Positions 39,398-49,744 of a stretch of 64,000 nucleotides of DNA are shown in pieces. Source of the DNA: an uncultured Acidimicrobiaceae bacterium (GTDB lineage Bacteria; Actinomycetota; Acidimicrobiia; Acidimicrobiales; RAAP-2); NCBI GenBank assembly GCA_963835815.1, contig CAWIGU010000005.1, positions 195,827-259,826 of the forward strand. Direction: 5' to 3'. Both the position numbers and the translations under genes were made by a program. The notes under the pieces are model-generated. The model was given only the letters and a program-made list of their open reading frames with translations. It was not told the DNA's origin and did not search any database. How positions within the stretch are numbered: the first letter of the stretch is position 1; every line of letters starts with the position of its first letter.

Positions 39398-40215
39398 ATG
39401 AAGCGCGACCTCCAGGTTGGGATAGCGCAGTGGCTGCCCGCACCCGGTGGGACCAAGCGGAACCAGCAAGTCGCGCTCGACATGATCGACCTGGCCGCGT
39501 CGCGCGGCGTTGAGCTGCTCGTCCTCCCCGAGCTCTGGCCATGCGGCTACGAGCCCGCCACCCTTGCCGACGACGCGCGGCATGCGGCCGAGCCGCGCGA
39601 CGGTCCCCTGAGCAGGCGCCTCGGGGAGGCGGCACGTGCTGCGGCCATGTGGCTCGTGGCCGGCAGCATGCCCGAATCGGGCGACAACGGCGCGCTCTAC
39701 AACACCGCCCTCGTCTTCAACCCGCACGGCGAACTGGTGGCGTGGCACCGCAAGGCACACCTCTACCCGCCGACCGGGGAGCCGTCCATCTTCCTTCCCG
39801 GTGACCGCCTCACGACGTTCAAGGCCCCGACGCTCGGTGTGGTCGGCGTCGTCATCTGCTTCGACGGGGACTTCCCCGAGGTGGCCCGGACGTTGGGCCT
39901 CCGCGGGGCACGCGTCATCGTCGGACGTGCTCTACCCGGCCTTGGCCTTGGCCAACAGCCAATGGTGGATCCAATCGAACCAGTGCGGCGCACATGGCTC
40001 GACGACGCTGCTGGGTGCCAGCAGGATCGTGGCGCCTACCGGGCACCGTCGTGGCGGAGGCGACACGGGACTGTCCCCGGCTGCATGCATCCACCGGAAG
40101 CTGCTCGTCCAGCGCATCGACCTTCAATTGGCCTATCAGAGGGACGGGATCGGTACCCTTCTCGAGGAGGGGTCGCCGGCCTTCGCTCTACTTCGACGAA
40201 GAAGAGGCCAGGTAG
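39398..40215 (+). pseudogene. carbon-nitrogen hydrolase (nitrilase superfamily), degraded 3' third
   Basis: The first 175 aa are intact (LVLPELW, WHRKAHL, VVICFDGDFPE with the catalytic Cys). After about 39918 the conserved C-terminal blocks are scattered over two other frames (LALANSQWWIQSNQCG; GTVVAEATRD; LLVQRIDL; RRPSLY), and about 20 aa seem to be missing after RVIV. Confidence 0.65.
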
Positions 40216-40378
40216 GCCCGCCATCTCCCATGTCGGTGATGTCAACGGCGCCGTCGAGGGGAAGCGGTTCGGCCACAGGAAGCCGGGACCGCACTCGCCG
40301 TCGATGCGGCCGAGCTCGGCCATAGGCGCCTAAAGTTTGAAGGTCGGGTCACACCGCCCCGACACGGGAAGGCACAGC

Positions 40379-41566
40379 ATGCACATCGTCGAGTCACCGG
40401 TCTTCGACGCCGACAACCACTATTACGAAGCGCTCGACGCCTTTACCCGCCATCTCCGACCCGAGCACGGGTCCCGGGTCATCCAATGGGTCGACATCGG
40501 CGGCAGGAAGTACCACGCTCTGGGTGGCCGCATCAACGGCGCCGTGACCAATCCCACCTTCGACCCGATATCGCCCGCAGGCTCTCTGTTCGACTACTTC
40601 CGGGGCAATGCCGGCAATCGGTCTGCGCTCGAATTGATGGGGACGCCCGAGCCCATCCGGCCCGAATACCGAAACCGGGACGCCCGTCTCGAGGTGATGG
40701 ACAGGCAGGGGCTGGACAAGATCTGGCTCTTTCCGACACTCGGCATGATGTACGAGAACGCGCTGAAGCACGACCCCGGTGCGGTCGTCCTCCTCTTCCG
40801 GGCATTCAACCGGTGGCTGGCCGAAGACTGGGGCATGGCGTACAAGAATCGGATCTTCGCCGCTCCCTACATCTCCTTGGCCGACGTGGACGAAGCCGTG
40901 GTCGAGCTCGAATGGGCGCTCGATCAGGGCGCACGGACAGTGGTACTGCGGCCCGCCGCCCCGATCGGCGTCACGGGTCCGCATTCCCCGGCAGCTGTCA
41001 TGTTCGATCCCTTCTGGGCCCGTGTCAACGAAGCGGGCATCACGGTGGTCGTCCACGCGGGCGATGCGGGTGTTTCGACGAACGGCTATGGCGCGGAAGG
41101 TTTCGCCGCCAATTTCCGTCAAGGACGCCTCCCGCCGAGCGTGCGGATGTTCGCCATCGACCGGGCGGCACACGACTTCTTGATCACGCTGATCTTCGAG
41201 CGGCTCTTCGACCGATTTCCGAACGTGCGCATCGCCTCGGTCGAGAACGGATCGGAGTTCCTGGCCCCGTTGTTTCGTCAATTGGCGAGCACGGCCCGCA
41301 AGATGCCCGGCTATTTCAGGGAGGACCCCGCCGTGACGTTCCGGCGCCACGTGTGGATCAATCCATTCTGGGAGGACGACGTCCATGAGATCGTTGCACT
41401 CATGGGTGACGATCGTGTGATCTTCGGCTCCGACTGGCCGCACGTCGAGGGTCTCCCCGAACCGACGGACTGGGTGACGGAGCTGCAGAAGCTCGATGCT
41501 GACTCCGTGGCGAAGATCATGGGCGACAATGCATCCCTTCTCAACGAGCTCCAGCCAGCAAGGTGA
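40379..41566 (+). CDS. amidohydrolase-2 (ACMSD-like metal-dependent hydrolase/decarboxylase) family protein
   Basis: MHIVESPVFDADNHYYE..., VVHAGD, FGSDWPHVEG. ATG 40379 follows GGGAAGG. Confidence 0.75.
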   Translation: MHIVESPVFDADNHYYEALDAFTRHLRPEHGSRVIQWVDIGGRKYHALGGRINGAVTNPTFDPISPAGSLFDYFRGNAGNRSALELMGTPEPIRPEYRNRDARLEVMDRQGLDKIWLFPTLGMMYENALKHDPGAVVLLFRAFNRWLAEDWGMAYKNRIFAAPYISLADVDEAVVELEWALDQGARTVVLRPAAPIGVTGPHSPAAVMFDPFWARVNEAGITVVVHAGDAGVSTNGYGAEGFAANFRQGRLPPSVRMFAIDRAAHDFLITLIFERLFDRFPNVRIASVENGSEFLAPLFRQLASTARKMPGYFREDPAVTFRRHVWINPFWEDDVHEIVALMGDDRVIFGSDWPHVEGLPEPTDWVTELQKLDADSVAKIMGDNASLLNELQPAR

Positions 41567-43032
41567 CCACAGTGATCGAAGAAGAACCCGAACGTCCGGC
41601 GACAGCACCACTGGCCCCGCACGTCATCGTCCTCTTCGGGGCGACGGGGGATCTGGCGGCACGCAAGCTCCTCCCCGGACTCCTCCACCTTGCGCAATCG
41701 GGCATGCTCACGGACTACAGGATCATCGGCGTCGGCCGCAGCGAGTTGACCGACGAGGAGTTCCGCAATCTGGCCCGCCAGGCCTGCGACCAGTTCGCGA
41801 CCGGGAAGATCTCCCTGCTGCAATGGGCGGGATTCGAGAAGAACCTGAGCTTCGTATCGCAGTCCACGGGACCCGAGGGCCTGGCTGCAGCCGTGGCACA
41901 GGCGGAGGAGTCCATCGGCGGGGAGGTCCGCCGGCTGCACTATCTCAGCATCCCGCCCGTCGCCGCGGCGGACATCATCGAGATGTTGGGCAAGGCAGAC
42001 CTGGTCGACCGCTCACGGGTGATCATGGAGAAGCCGTTCGGCGTGGATCTGGCGAGTGCCAAAGCCCTCAATGCGACCGTGCACCAGATTTTCGACGAAG
42101 AACAGGTGTTCCGCATCGACCACTTCCTCGGGAAGGAGGCGGCGCAGAACATTCTGGCCTTTCGCTTCGCCAACGGTTTGTTCGAACCCATCTGGAATCG
42201 CGACCACATCGACCACGTCCAGATCGACGTGCCCGAGACACTCTCGGTCGACGATCGCGTCGACTTCTATGAAGCGACCGGCGCCTTCAAGGACATGGTG
42301 GTGACCCACCTCTTCCAGATCCTGGGCTTCATGGCGATGGAGCCGCCCACCGCTCTCGAATCGCGCGCCATCAGCGAAGAGAAGAACAAGGTCTTCCGCT
42401 CGTTGCGCCCGCTCGATGTGACACAGGTCGTGCGTGGCCAGTACACCGGCTACCGCGAGATCCCCGGAGTGGCTCCCGAATCGGACACCGAGACGTTCGT
42501 CGCCCTGCGCTGCGAAATCGACAACTGGCGTTGGGCCGGCGTGCCCTTCTTCCTGCGCACCGGGAAGCGGTTGGGAGGTGGCGAGCGCATCATCTCCATC
42601 GCCTTTCGCGAACCGCCCAAGAGCATGTTCCCGGCCGGATCCGGTGTCGGATCGCAGGGTCCGGACCACTTGACCTTCGATCTCGCCGACTCGTCAAAGC
42701 TCTCGCTGTCGTTCTACGGCAAGAAGCCGGGACCCGGCATGAACCTCGAGAAGTTGAGCTTGCAGTTCGCGCTGCACGAAACAGGCCAGGATGCCGACGT
42801 CCTGGAGGCCTACGAGCGACTCATCCACGACGCCATGATCGGCGACCACACGCTGTTCAACACGGCTGAAGGCATCGAGCGGCTCTGGGAGGTCTCGGCC
42901 CCGCTCCTCGAGAACCCCCCGCCCGTCCTTCCCTATGAACCGGGGACATGGGGACCCGACGCCATCCGGGACCTCATCGCTCCCCGTACCTGGCGCCTTC
43001 CCTTCGAGCGCCGCTGGCGCGGCGCACGCTGA
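41563..43032 (+). CDS. zwf: glucose-6-phosphate dehydrogenase
   Basis: VLFGATGDLAARKL, RIDHFLGKE, EKPFG. 489 aa. GTGA overlap with the upstream stop. Confidence 0.9.
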   Translation: MTTVIEEEPERPATAPLAPHVIVLFGATGDLAARKLLPGLLHLAQSGMLTDYRIIGVGRSELTDEEFRNLARQACDQFATGKISLLQWAGFEKNLSFVSQSTGPEGLAAAVAQAEESIGGEVRRLHYLSIPPVAAADIIEMLGKADLVDRSRVIMEKPFGVDLASAKALNATVHQIFDEEQVFRIDHFLGKEAAQNILAFRFANGLFEPIWNRDHIDHVQIDVPETLSVDDRVDFYEATGAFKDMVVTHLFQILGFMAMEPPTALESRAISEEKNKVFRSLRPLDVTQVVRGQYTGYREIPGVAPESDTETFVALRCEIDNWRWAGVPFFLRTGKRLGGGERIISIAFREPPKSMFPAGSGVGSQGPDHLTFDLADSSKLSLSFYGKKPGPGMNLEKLSLQFALHETGQDADVLEAYERLIHDAMIGDHTLFNTAEGIERLWEVSAPLLENPPPVLPYEPGTWGPDAIRDLIAPRTWRLPFERRWRGAR

Positions 43033-43056
43033 CCTCTCGAGAGGGATCGCGCGTCG

Positions 43057-45442
43057 TCAGGCAGTCGGAATCTGCGAGGTTGCCGTGCGCACGCGTGGCG
43101 TGGGCCCCGGGCGCACACGTTGACGAACCGGTCTCGTCGTGCTGCGTAACCGCGAGCTGTTCCACACGACGAAGCCCGACGACAGCGCCATGGCGCCGGC
43201 GGCGATCAGGGGATTGAGCAGGCCGAATGCAGCAAGTGGAATGGCCGCCAGGTTGTAGACACAGGCCCAGGCCAAGTTGCCGTGGATCGTCCGCAACGTC
43301 CGACGCGACAGGTCAATGGCCACCGCGACCGCGCGCAGGTCGTCACGCACGACGATCAGATCCGCAGCATTGATCGCCACATCCGTGCCCGATCCGACGG
43401 CGAGGCCCAGATCGGCTGCGACGAGCGCAGGCCCGTCGTTGACTCCGTCGCCCACCATGGCGACCGAACGGCCCTCGGCCTGAAGCCTCCGGATGACGTC
43501 GACCTTATCGGACGGCAGCGCACCGGAGACGACCTCGGCGATCCCCAATGATTCGGCGACGGCGCGCGCCGTGACGTCGTTGTCCCCGGTCATGAGAACG
43601 CAGCGCAAGCCGAGCTGCTGCAGCCGGTGCACGGTCGGCACTGCCGACTCGCGGATGGTGTCCGCCACTGCGATGGAACCCACCACCGCTCCGCCGGACC
43701 AGACCAACACCGCCGTACGACCTTGTCGCTCCCATTCCGCGCAGCGATCCTCGACCTCGGACGAGGGCGGATCCGTCGGCGCCGCGCGACGTCCGATGGT
43801 GATGCGGTGACCTTCGACGACACCCTCGGCGCCCAGCCCCGGCATGGCGACGAAGGACTGCACCTCGGGCAGGGGGCCGACGACATCGCGGGCGCGGGCG
43901 GCGATGGCAGCACCAACGGGGTGTTCGGAAGCCTGTTCCAGCGCGCCGGCCCAACGCAACAGCGTCGTGGTTTCCACCCCGGGCGCGCACGCGATATCGG
44001 TGACGTTCATCTTTCCCAGTGTCAGCGTTCCGGTCTTGTCCAGCACCACGGTGTCGACCTGCTTGGACGCCTCGAGGGCGCGGTACCCCTTGAAGAAGAT
44101 CCCCGAACGCGCCCCTTCCCCCGCCGCCACGTAGAGCGCCGCCGGCGTGGCGAGGCCGAGGGCACAGGGGCAGGCGATGACCAGGACGGAGAGTGCCGCC
44201 GTGAACGCCTGCTCCGAGGAGTACCCCAGCAGGAGCCAGGCTGCCAACGTCCCGAGGGCGATCAGGAGGACGGCCGGGACGAAGACGTTGCACACCCGAT
44301 CCGCCAGACGCTGTACCGCCGCCTTCTCGTTCTGGGCGTGTTCGACGAGGCGCAGCATCTGCGCCAGCTGCGTGTCGCGCCCGACCTTCGTCGGCCGCGA
44401 ACGACCAGACGGCCGCTGGTCGACACCGTCCCGCCGACCACGGCGTCGCCCTGGCCCACATCGAGGGGCTGGGACTCGCCGGTCAGGACGCTCCGGTCGA
44501 CCGCCGATTGACCGAAGACCACCTCGCCGTCGGTGGCGACGGTCTCCCCCGGTCGGACGATGAAGCGGTCGCCGACGGCAAGCGCCGACACCGGGCGGCG
44601 GCGCTCGAATCCCGTCGCGTCGATGATGCCGACGTCCTTCGCACCGACCGCGGCCAATGCGCGCGAGCGCGTTTCCCGACCGTTGGCGCGACCACGCTTC
44701 GAAATATCGTCCGGCGAGGACGAACGTGGTGACACCGGCCGCAACGTCGAGGTAGATCGCCCCGGCCGAGCGGTGCACCAGCATGAACAGCATGGAGTGC
44801 GACACGCGGCTGGCATCACGCCAGAACATCGCGTAGAGCGACCACACCGTCGAGGAGACGATGCCCAACGACACGAGCGTGTCCATGGTGGACAGTCCGT
44901 GACGGGCGGCACGAACGGCCGCCCGGTAGAACGGCCACGCCGCCCACGTTACGACCGGGGCCGCCAGTGCCACCATGAGCCATTGCCAACCCGGGAAGCG
45001 CAGATTCGGCGCCACCGAGAATGCAATCGACGTGTCGCACAGTGGCATGAAGAGGAGAGCGGAGACGAACAGTCGCCGCCGCAGGTCCCGTACCCGGCCG
45101 TCGATCTCTTCCCCGCCATCCCCGGTCCGGTCCTCCGCGGGAAGCTCGGCGGAATAGCCGGCGGCAACGACCTCCTCGATGAGCCGCCCGACGCTGACGT
45201 CTGCGGGCAGGACGGCCGTGGCCGCGCTCTGAGGCGTAATTGACCCGAGCCTCAACCCCGTCCAGCGCATTGAGCCGTTGTTCGATCCGGGCCGCGCACG
45301 CGCCACACGTCATGCCACCGATCAGCAGCGACACTTCTGTGGACTCCGGCGCCACCCGGGGGTTGACCGTGACAGTCACCGCACCGGTCTCTCCGAGCAG
45401 GCCATGCCCAATAGACTTGCAGGAGCGTCGGGGGAACGCCAA
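43057..45442 (-). pseudogene. copA: heavy-metal (Cu+-type) P1B-type ATPase with an N-terminal HMA domain; three frame breaks (about 45219-45227, 44652-44664, 44396-44415)
   Basis: HMA GMTCGAC in ORF 44816..45442. The actuator TGES is in ORF 44262..44912. CPC (ACPCALG), DKTGTLT and GDGVNDGPAL are in ORF 43057..45306. The true start is probably GTG 45355-45379. The span is 3n+1 nt. Confidence 0.8.
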
Positions 45443-45451
45443 GCGGGCGGC

Positions 45452-46420
45452 TCAAGGAATGAGCAGGACCCTCCCGAACGACCGGCGGCTTTCGATGTAG
45501 GTGTGCGCCGCTGCGGCCTCGGCCAGGGGGAATGCCCGATCGATGACAACCCGGAGCTCGCCCCGGGCGATGGCGTCGAGGTGACCGGCGATCACTGCGT
45601 GGGCACGGGGGAAGAACAGCAATTCTGCCCCCAGGAAGTAGCAGGACAAGGTCTGATTGTTCCCACGCAGGGTCGAGATGTCGAGGTGCTCGGCCGGTGA
45701 CCGCCCGGCATCGCCGACGGTCACGCATCGACCTCTGTAGGCCAGGGCGCGGATGCTGCCCTGCAGCGTGGCACCACCGACGGTGTCGACAATGACATCC
45801 AACCCGCGGCCATCGGTCAGGCGGCGCGACTCGGCCACGAAATCATCCCTGACGTAATTGATCCCCTCATCGAGACCGAGCTCTTTGAGGCGTTCCAGCT
45901 TGTCGTCGCTCGAGGCGGTGGCGAGCACCCGGGCGCCGGCCCGCTTCGCCAGCTGTATCGCCGCCAGGCCGACTCCGCTCCCCCCGGCGTGGATCAGTGC
46001 CGTCTCGCCCTCGACGAGGCGGCCGAACTCGAAGAGGCAATCGTCGGCCGTGCCCCACGGCACGGGCACGCACGCTGCCTCATCTGTTGCGAGCGAGTCT
46101 GGGATCTTCCAGGCGAAAGGTTCGGAAACGGCCCGAAGCTCGGCATGGGATCCGTCGATGCCGACGGTGACGACGCGGTCACCCACAGCGAAGCGGGTGA
46201 CCTCCCCGCCCGCACCCACGACGGTACCTGCGCATTGGTACCCCACGACGTGCGGCACCGCGTGCAACTCTCCGCCCATCCGGTTGAGGGTGTCGCCACC
46301 CTCGATGCTGATGGCCTCCGCCCGGACCAGGATCTCGGTCGATCCCGGTGTGGGATCAGGTACTTCCTCGTAACGAAAGACGTCAGGGCTTCCCGTTTCG
46401 TAGTAGACCGCTGCCTTCAC
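45452..46420 (-). CDS. zinc-type alcohol dehydrogenase / quinone oxidoreductase (MDR superfamily)
   Basis: 322-aa ORF with MKAAVYYETGSPDVFRYEEVPDP and AGGSGVGLAAIQLAK. Confidence 0.85.
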   Translation of the reverse strand: MKAAVYYETGSPDVFRYEEVPDPTPGSTEILVRAEAISIEGGDTLNRMGGELHAVPHVVGYQCAGTVVGAGGEVTRFAVGDRVVTVGIDGSHAELRAVSEPFAWKIPDSLATDEAACVPVPWGTADDCLFEFGRLVEGETALIHAGGSGVGLAAIQLAKRAGARVLATASSDDKLERLKELGLDEGINYVRDDFVAESRRLTDGRGLDVIVDTVGGATLQGSIRALAYRGRCVTVGDAGRSPAEHLDISTLRGNNQTLSCYFLGAELLFFPRAHAVIAGHLDAIARGELRVVIDRAFPLAEAAAAHTYIESRRSFGRVLLIP

Positions 46421-46450
46421 GTGGTCCCCCTTCCGTCCGGACGAGACCCC

Positions 46451-47107
46451 TCAGGCACCGCCCCCGGCGGCGGCTGACGTCGGGGCTGCTGCAGCAGTCG
46501 GTGGCCGAAGGCCGTCGCACACGATGGCGAGGAGCTCGCCGGGGAGCGATGCCGTGCTCGGGCGCTCACACGCGATGCAGGTTGCTCCCACCAGCGAGAT
46601 GACGACGGCCGGCGTGACGTCGGACCGGACCGCTCCCGTCTTCTGCGCCACGGCCAAGAGGTCGCTGACGGCGGCTTCGAGGTCCCGCTTCGCCGGGGCC
46701 ACCGCCTGTTCTATTTCGACGCCCGCACCGAGCAATGCCTGAATCAGGTCTCGCTTCAAGGTGCTCTCCTGCACCAGGTGCTGCAGAAAAGCGAAGAACG
46801 CCGCACCGGGATCCTCGGAGTCGATGCGCGCCCGGGCATCCGCTGCGATGGCAGCGAGCCGATCGACCAGAATGGCTTCGAACAGTTTCTCCTTGGTCGG
46901 GAAATGCCGATAGAGCGTGCCTACCCCGACTCCGGCCTTCTCGGCGATGACGTCGACCGGCACGGAAATACCCTCGGAGGCGAACACGGATTCGGCCGCC
47001 TCGAGCACGCGGGCGCGATTGCGCTGCGCGTCCGCCCGGAGCGGCCGCGACCCTTCTCCACAGAGGTCGCCTTCACGTGTCACGTCGATGGCCGGCTTCT
47101 CACCCAC
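46451..47107 (-). CDS. TetR-family transcriptional regulator
   Basis: HTH VPVDVIAEKAGVGVGTLYRHFPTKE. GTG 47107 is preceded by GGAGGA. Confidence 0.8.
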   Translation of the reverse strand: MGEKPAIDVTREGDLCGEGSRPLRADAQRNRARVLEAAESVFASEGISVPVDVIAEKAGVGVGTLYRHFPTKEKLFEAILVDRLAAIAADARARIDSEDPGAAFFAFLQHLVQESTLKRDLIQALLGAGVEIEQAVAPAKRDLEAAVSDLLAVAQKTGAVRSDVTPAVVISLVGATCIACERPSTASLPGELLAIVCDGLRPPTAAAAPTSAAAGGGA

Positions 47108-47127
47108 AGGAATCTTCCTCCCCCCGA

Positions 47128-47157
47128 TTGACAAACGGAGCGCGCGTTCCGTATAGT
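47128..47157 (+). promoter_or_regulatory. sigma-70-type promoter TTGACA-N18-TATAGT for the MFS gene
   Basis: TTGACA at 47128-47133 and TATAGT at 47152-47157, about 120 nt upstream of ATG 47280. Confidence 0.5.
47135..47152. promoter_or_regulatory. 18-bp near-palindrome, candidate TetR operator
   Basis: ACGGAGCGC-GCGTTCCGT (one mismatch). It lies in the spacer of the promoter above, in the TetR/MFS divergent region. Confidence 0.45.
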
Positions 47158-47279
47158 CTAAATGGAACCAGTACTCCGATTGTACGAGAGCCGAGCGGCG
47201 AAAGCGAGGGGAACTCGCCGGATTCGCCCGGCAGGCTCTCGGGGAGCGGTTCGCCGACCACAAGTAGCAGGAGCCGCAC

Positions 47280-48773
47280 ATGACGACCACCCTGGACCGC
47301 CAAGACCTCCAAGCGGGTATTCAGGCACCACCACTCGATCCGAAGCGATTCCGGGCCCTGGCCGTGATCGCAGTGGCCCAATTGATGGTGGTCCTCGACG
47401 CGTCCGTGGTGATCATTGCGTTGCCCTCGGCCCAACGCTCGCTGCACATTTCGACCGCCAACCGCCAATGGATGTTGACGGCCTACACCCTGGCCTTCGC
47501 CGGTCTCCTCCTTCTGGGGGGACGCCTCGCCGACTACCTGGGCCGTAAACGGATGTTCCTCGTCAGCCTGATCGGATTCGCGGCGGCGTCCGCCCTCGGC
47601 GGTCTGGCGCAGAGCTCGGCCATGCTGTTCAGCGCCCGCGCGCTCCAAGGGGTCTTCGCCGCGATCATGGCCCCGTCGGCGCTGTCGCTCCTCACGGTCG
47701 CCTTCACCGAGCCCAAGGAGCGGGCCCGGGCCTTTGGCGTCTACGGCAGCATCGCGGGTGGCGGCGCAGCCATCGGCCTCATCCTCGGTGGGGTCCTGAC
47801 CCAGTACGCGTCCTGGCGCTGGACACTGCTGATCAACGTTCCCATCGCCATTGTGACGGCCATCGCCGCAGCGCGCGTCGTCACCGAAAGCAAGAGTCCG
47901 GTTCGCCGTGGGTACGACATCCCGGGGGCGGTCACGGTCACCGGGGGCCTCGTGGCTCTCGTGTACGCCTTCACCAAGGCGGGACTCGATGGATGGGCTT
48001 CGACGACGACGCTCTCGCTCTTCGGGATCGGGGCGGTCCTGCTCACGCTCTTCGTGCTCATCGAGCGCCGGGCTCCGCACCCGTTGCTGCCACTGCGGAT
48101 CATTCTCGACCGGAACCGGGGAGGCTCCTTCCTGGCGTCGCTCCTCGTGGGAGTGGCGATGTTGGGGACGTTCCTTTCACTGACCTACTACTTCCAGGGC
48201 ACCTTGCACTATTCCGCCATGAAGAGCGGCCTGGCCTTCGTGCCGTTCTCCATGGGTGTGATCACGGGTGCGACGTCGGCCAGCCGGCTTCTCCCACGGT
48301 TCGGCCCCCGCTTCGTCATCATGACCGGGCTGTGCCTGAGTGCGATCGGCCTGGGGATCTTCACCCTTCTCGGGGTCGACTCGACCTACGTCGGCCTCGT
48401 GTTGCCGGCGATCGTCATCGTCAGCGTGGGCATGGGACTGTCCTTCGTCGCCATGAGCAGCACGTCTCTGCTCGGAGTGGAGCCCGAGGACGCCGGGGTG
48501 GCAAGCGCCCTCGTCAACACCACCCAACAAACGGGAGGCTCCTTGGGGGCCGCCCTCATAAACACCATCGCAACCGGGGCGACGGCCTCCTACCTTGCCA
48601 TTCACGGCACCTCGGCCGCGGCGGAGAAGGCGGGATCCATTCACGGCTACACGACCGCCTTCACCTTCAGTGCGATCATGCTCGGGCTCGCGGCGGTGTC
48701 CGCGTTCACCCTCATCAGGCCGCCCCGGGTTGCCGCCAACGACGATCCGGCGGAGCTGTCGCCCATCGTCTGA
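47280..48773 (+). CDS. MFS transporter, DHA2 (EmrB/QacA, 14-TMS) drug-efflux family
   Basis: 497-aa polytopic ORF, divergent from the TetR gene. Confidence 0.85.
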   Translation: MTTTLDRQDLQAGIQAPPLDPKRFRALAVIAVAQLMVVLDASVVIIALPSAQRSLHISTANRQWMLTAYTLAFAGLLLLGGRLADYLGRKRMFLVSLIGFAAASALGGLAQSSAMLFSARALQGVFAAIMAPSALSLLTVAFTEPKERARAFGVYGSIAGGGAAIGLILGGVLTQYASWRWTLLINVPIAIVTAIAAARVVTESKSPVRRGYDIPGAVTVTGGLVALVYAFTKAGLDGWASTTTLSLFGIGAVLLTLFVLIERRAPHPLLPLRIILDRNRGGSFLASLLVGVAMLGTFLSLTYYFQGTLHYSAMKSGLAFVPFSMGVITGATSASRLLPRFGPRFVIMTGLCLSAIGLGIFTLLGVDSTYVGLVLPAIVIVSVGMGLSFVAMSSTSLLGVEPEDAGVASALVNTTQQTGGSLGAALINTIATGATASYLAIHGTSAAAEKAGSIHGYTTAFTFSAIMLGLAAVSAFTLIRPPRVAANDDPAELSPIV

Positions 48774-48780
48774 GCCGGGA

Positions 48781-49641
48781 TCAGTGTTTCGTGCCCAGTT
48801 CGTGGATCGGCGCGAGCGCATACACGAGGACCACCTCCGCCGTCTGGGTCTGCGACCCGGCTTCAATCGGCACATCGGGGGAGGCGGCGGCCGAGGCAAA
48901 CGAGAGGCCTTTGGTCTGTTGACCGAGCACCGACACCTGGGTCTGATCCGTCAGCGAGCACACGGGCCCGAGGGACCGTCCAGCCGCGTGGGCCAATGCG
49001 CGGGCGTGCACCACCGCCTGGGTGGTGGCTCGGGCTCGGGCACGAGCCTCCACCACGCCGGTAGCGCGGGTCGAGAAGGAGAGGGACTCGATCTGCGCCG
49101 CATTCCCGGCCGCGCCCACGACGGCGTCGATCACCGCGCCCGACGTGGCGATGTCGTGCAACGTGGCGGTGATCGTGTTGTCCACCTGGTATCCACTGAC
49201 CGTCGGGATGCCCTTCGGATACGCGTACTGGGGTTGGACGGAGAGGTCGGACGTCTGGATATCACTCGCTTGCGCCCCCCCGTTCCGGAGCGCCGTCACG
49301 ACGGCTGTCGCCTTCGTATTGTCCGTCGCCAGCGCCACGGTGGCACTGGGCCCTGTCGCCGTGACCTGCACGACGATGGTGAGGAGATCCGGCGCGGCCG
49401 TCGCGACACCCGTCCCGTGCACCGTCAGCTTGGGCGACGACGACCCGCACGAAGCTGGGTGACTGGCCACAGCTCCGGACTTTCCCACGGCAACGCCCAG
49501 GGCGATGCCGCCCAGGATCACCGCCACCACCATTCCGACCACGAGGAGGGACAACCAAGAGCGACGGAAGCCCTTGCTGGTGGGTCGCGTCGGTTCCTTA
49601 CGACCTTCTTCGTCCTCGTCTGGCATGTGGAAGGGCTCCAT
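48781..49641 (-). CDS. SIMPL-domain (DUF541) protein with an N-terminal membrane anchor
   Basis: 286-aa ORF with the anchor WLSLLVVGMVVAVILGGIALGVAV, then SIMPL-like repeats (PDLLTIVVQV..., GYQVDNTITATL). Confidence 0.6.
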   Translation of the reverse strand: MEPFHMPDEDEEGRKEPTRPTSKGFRRSWLSLLVVGMVVAVILGGIALGVAVGKSGAVASHPASCGSSSPKLTVHGTGVATAAPDLLTIVVQVTATGPSATVALATDNTKATAVVTALRNGGAQASDIQTSDLSVQPQYAYPKGIPTVSGYQVDNTITATLHDIATSGAVIDAVVGAAGNAAQIESLSFSTRATGVVEARARARATTQAVVHARALAHAAGRSLGPVCSLTDQTQVSVLGQQTKGLSFASAAASPDVPIEAGSQTQTAEVVLVYALAPIHELGTKH

Positions 49642-49744
49642 TCACTCGAACGCCGCTGTGTGTTCCGTACCAAGAGACGCATCGGCAGGCCAGATGGTTC
49701 GCGTGTGTGCAAAGGAGTCCGGTCGGGTCGGGGCCGGCGTCGAG

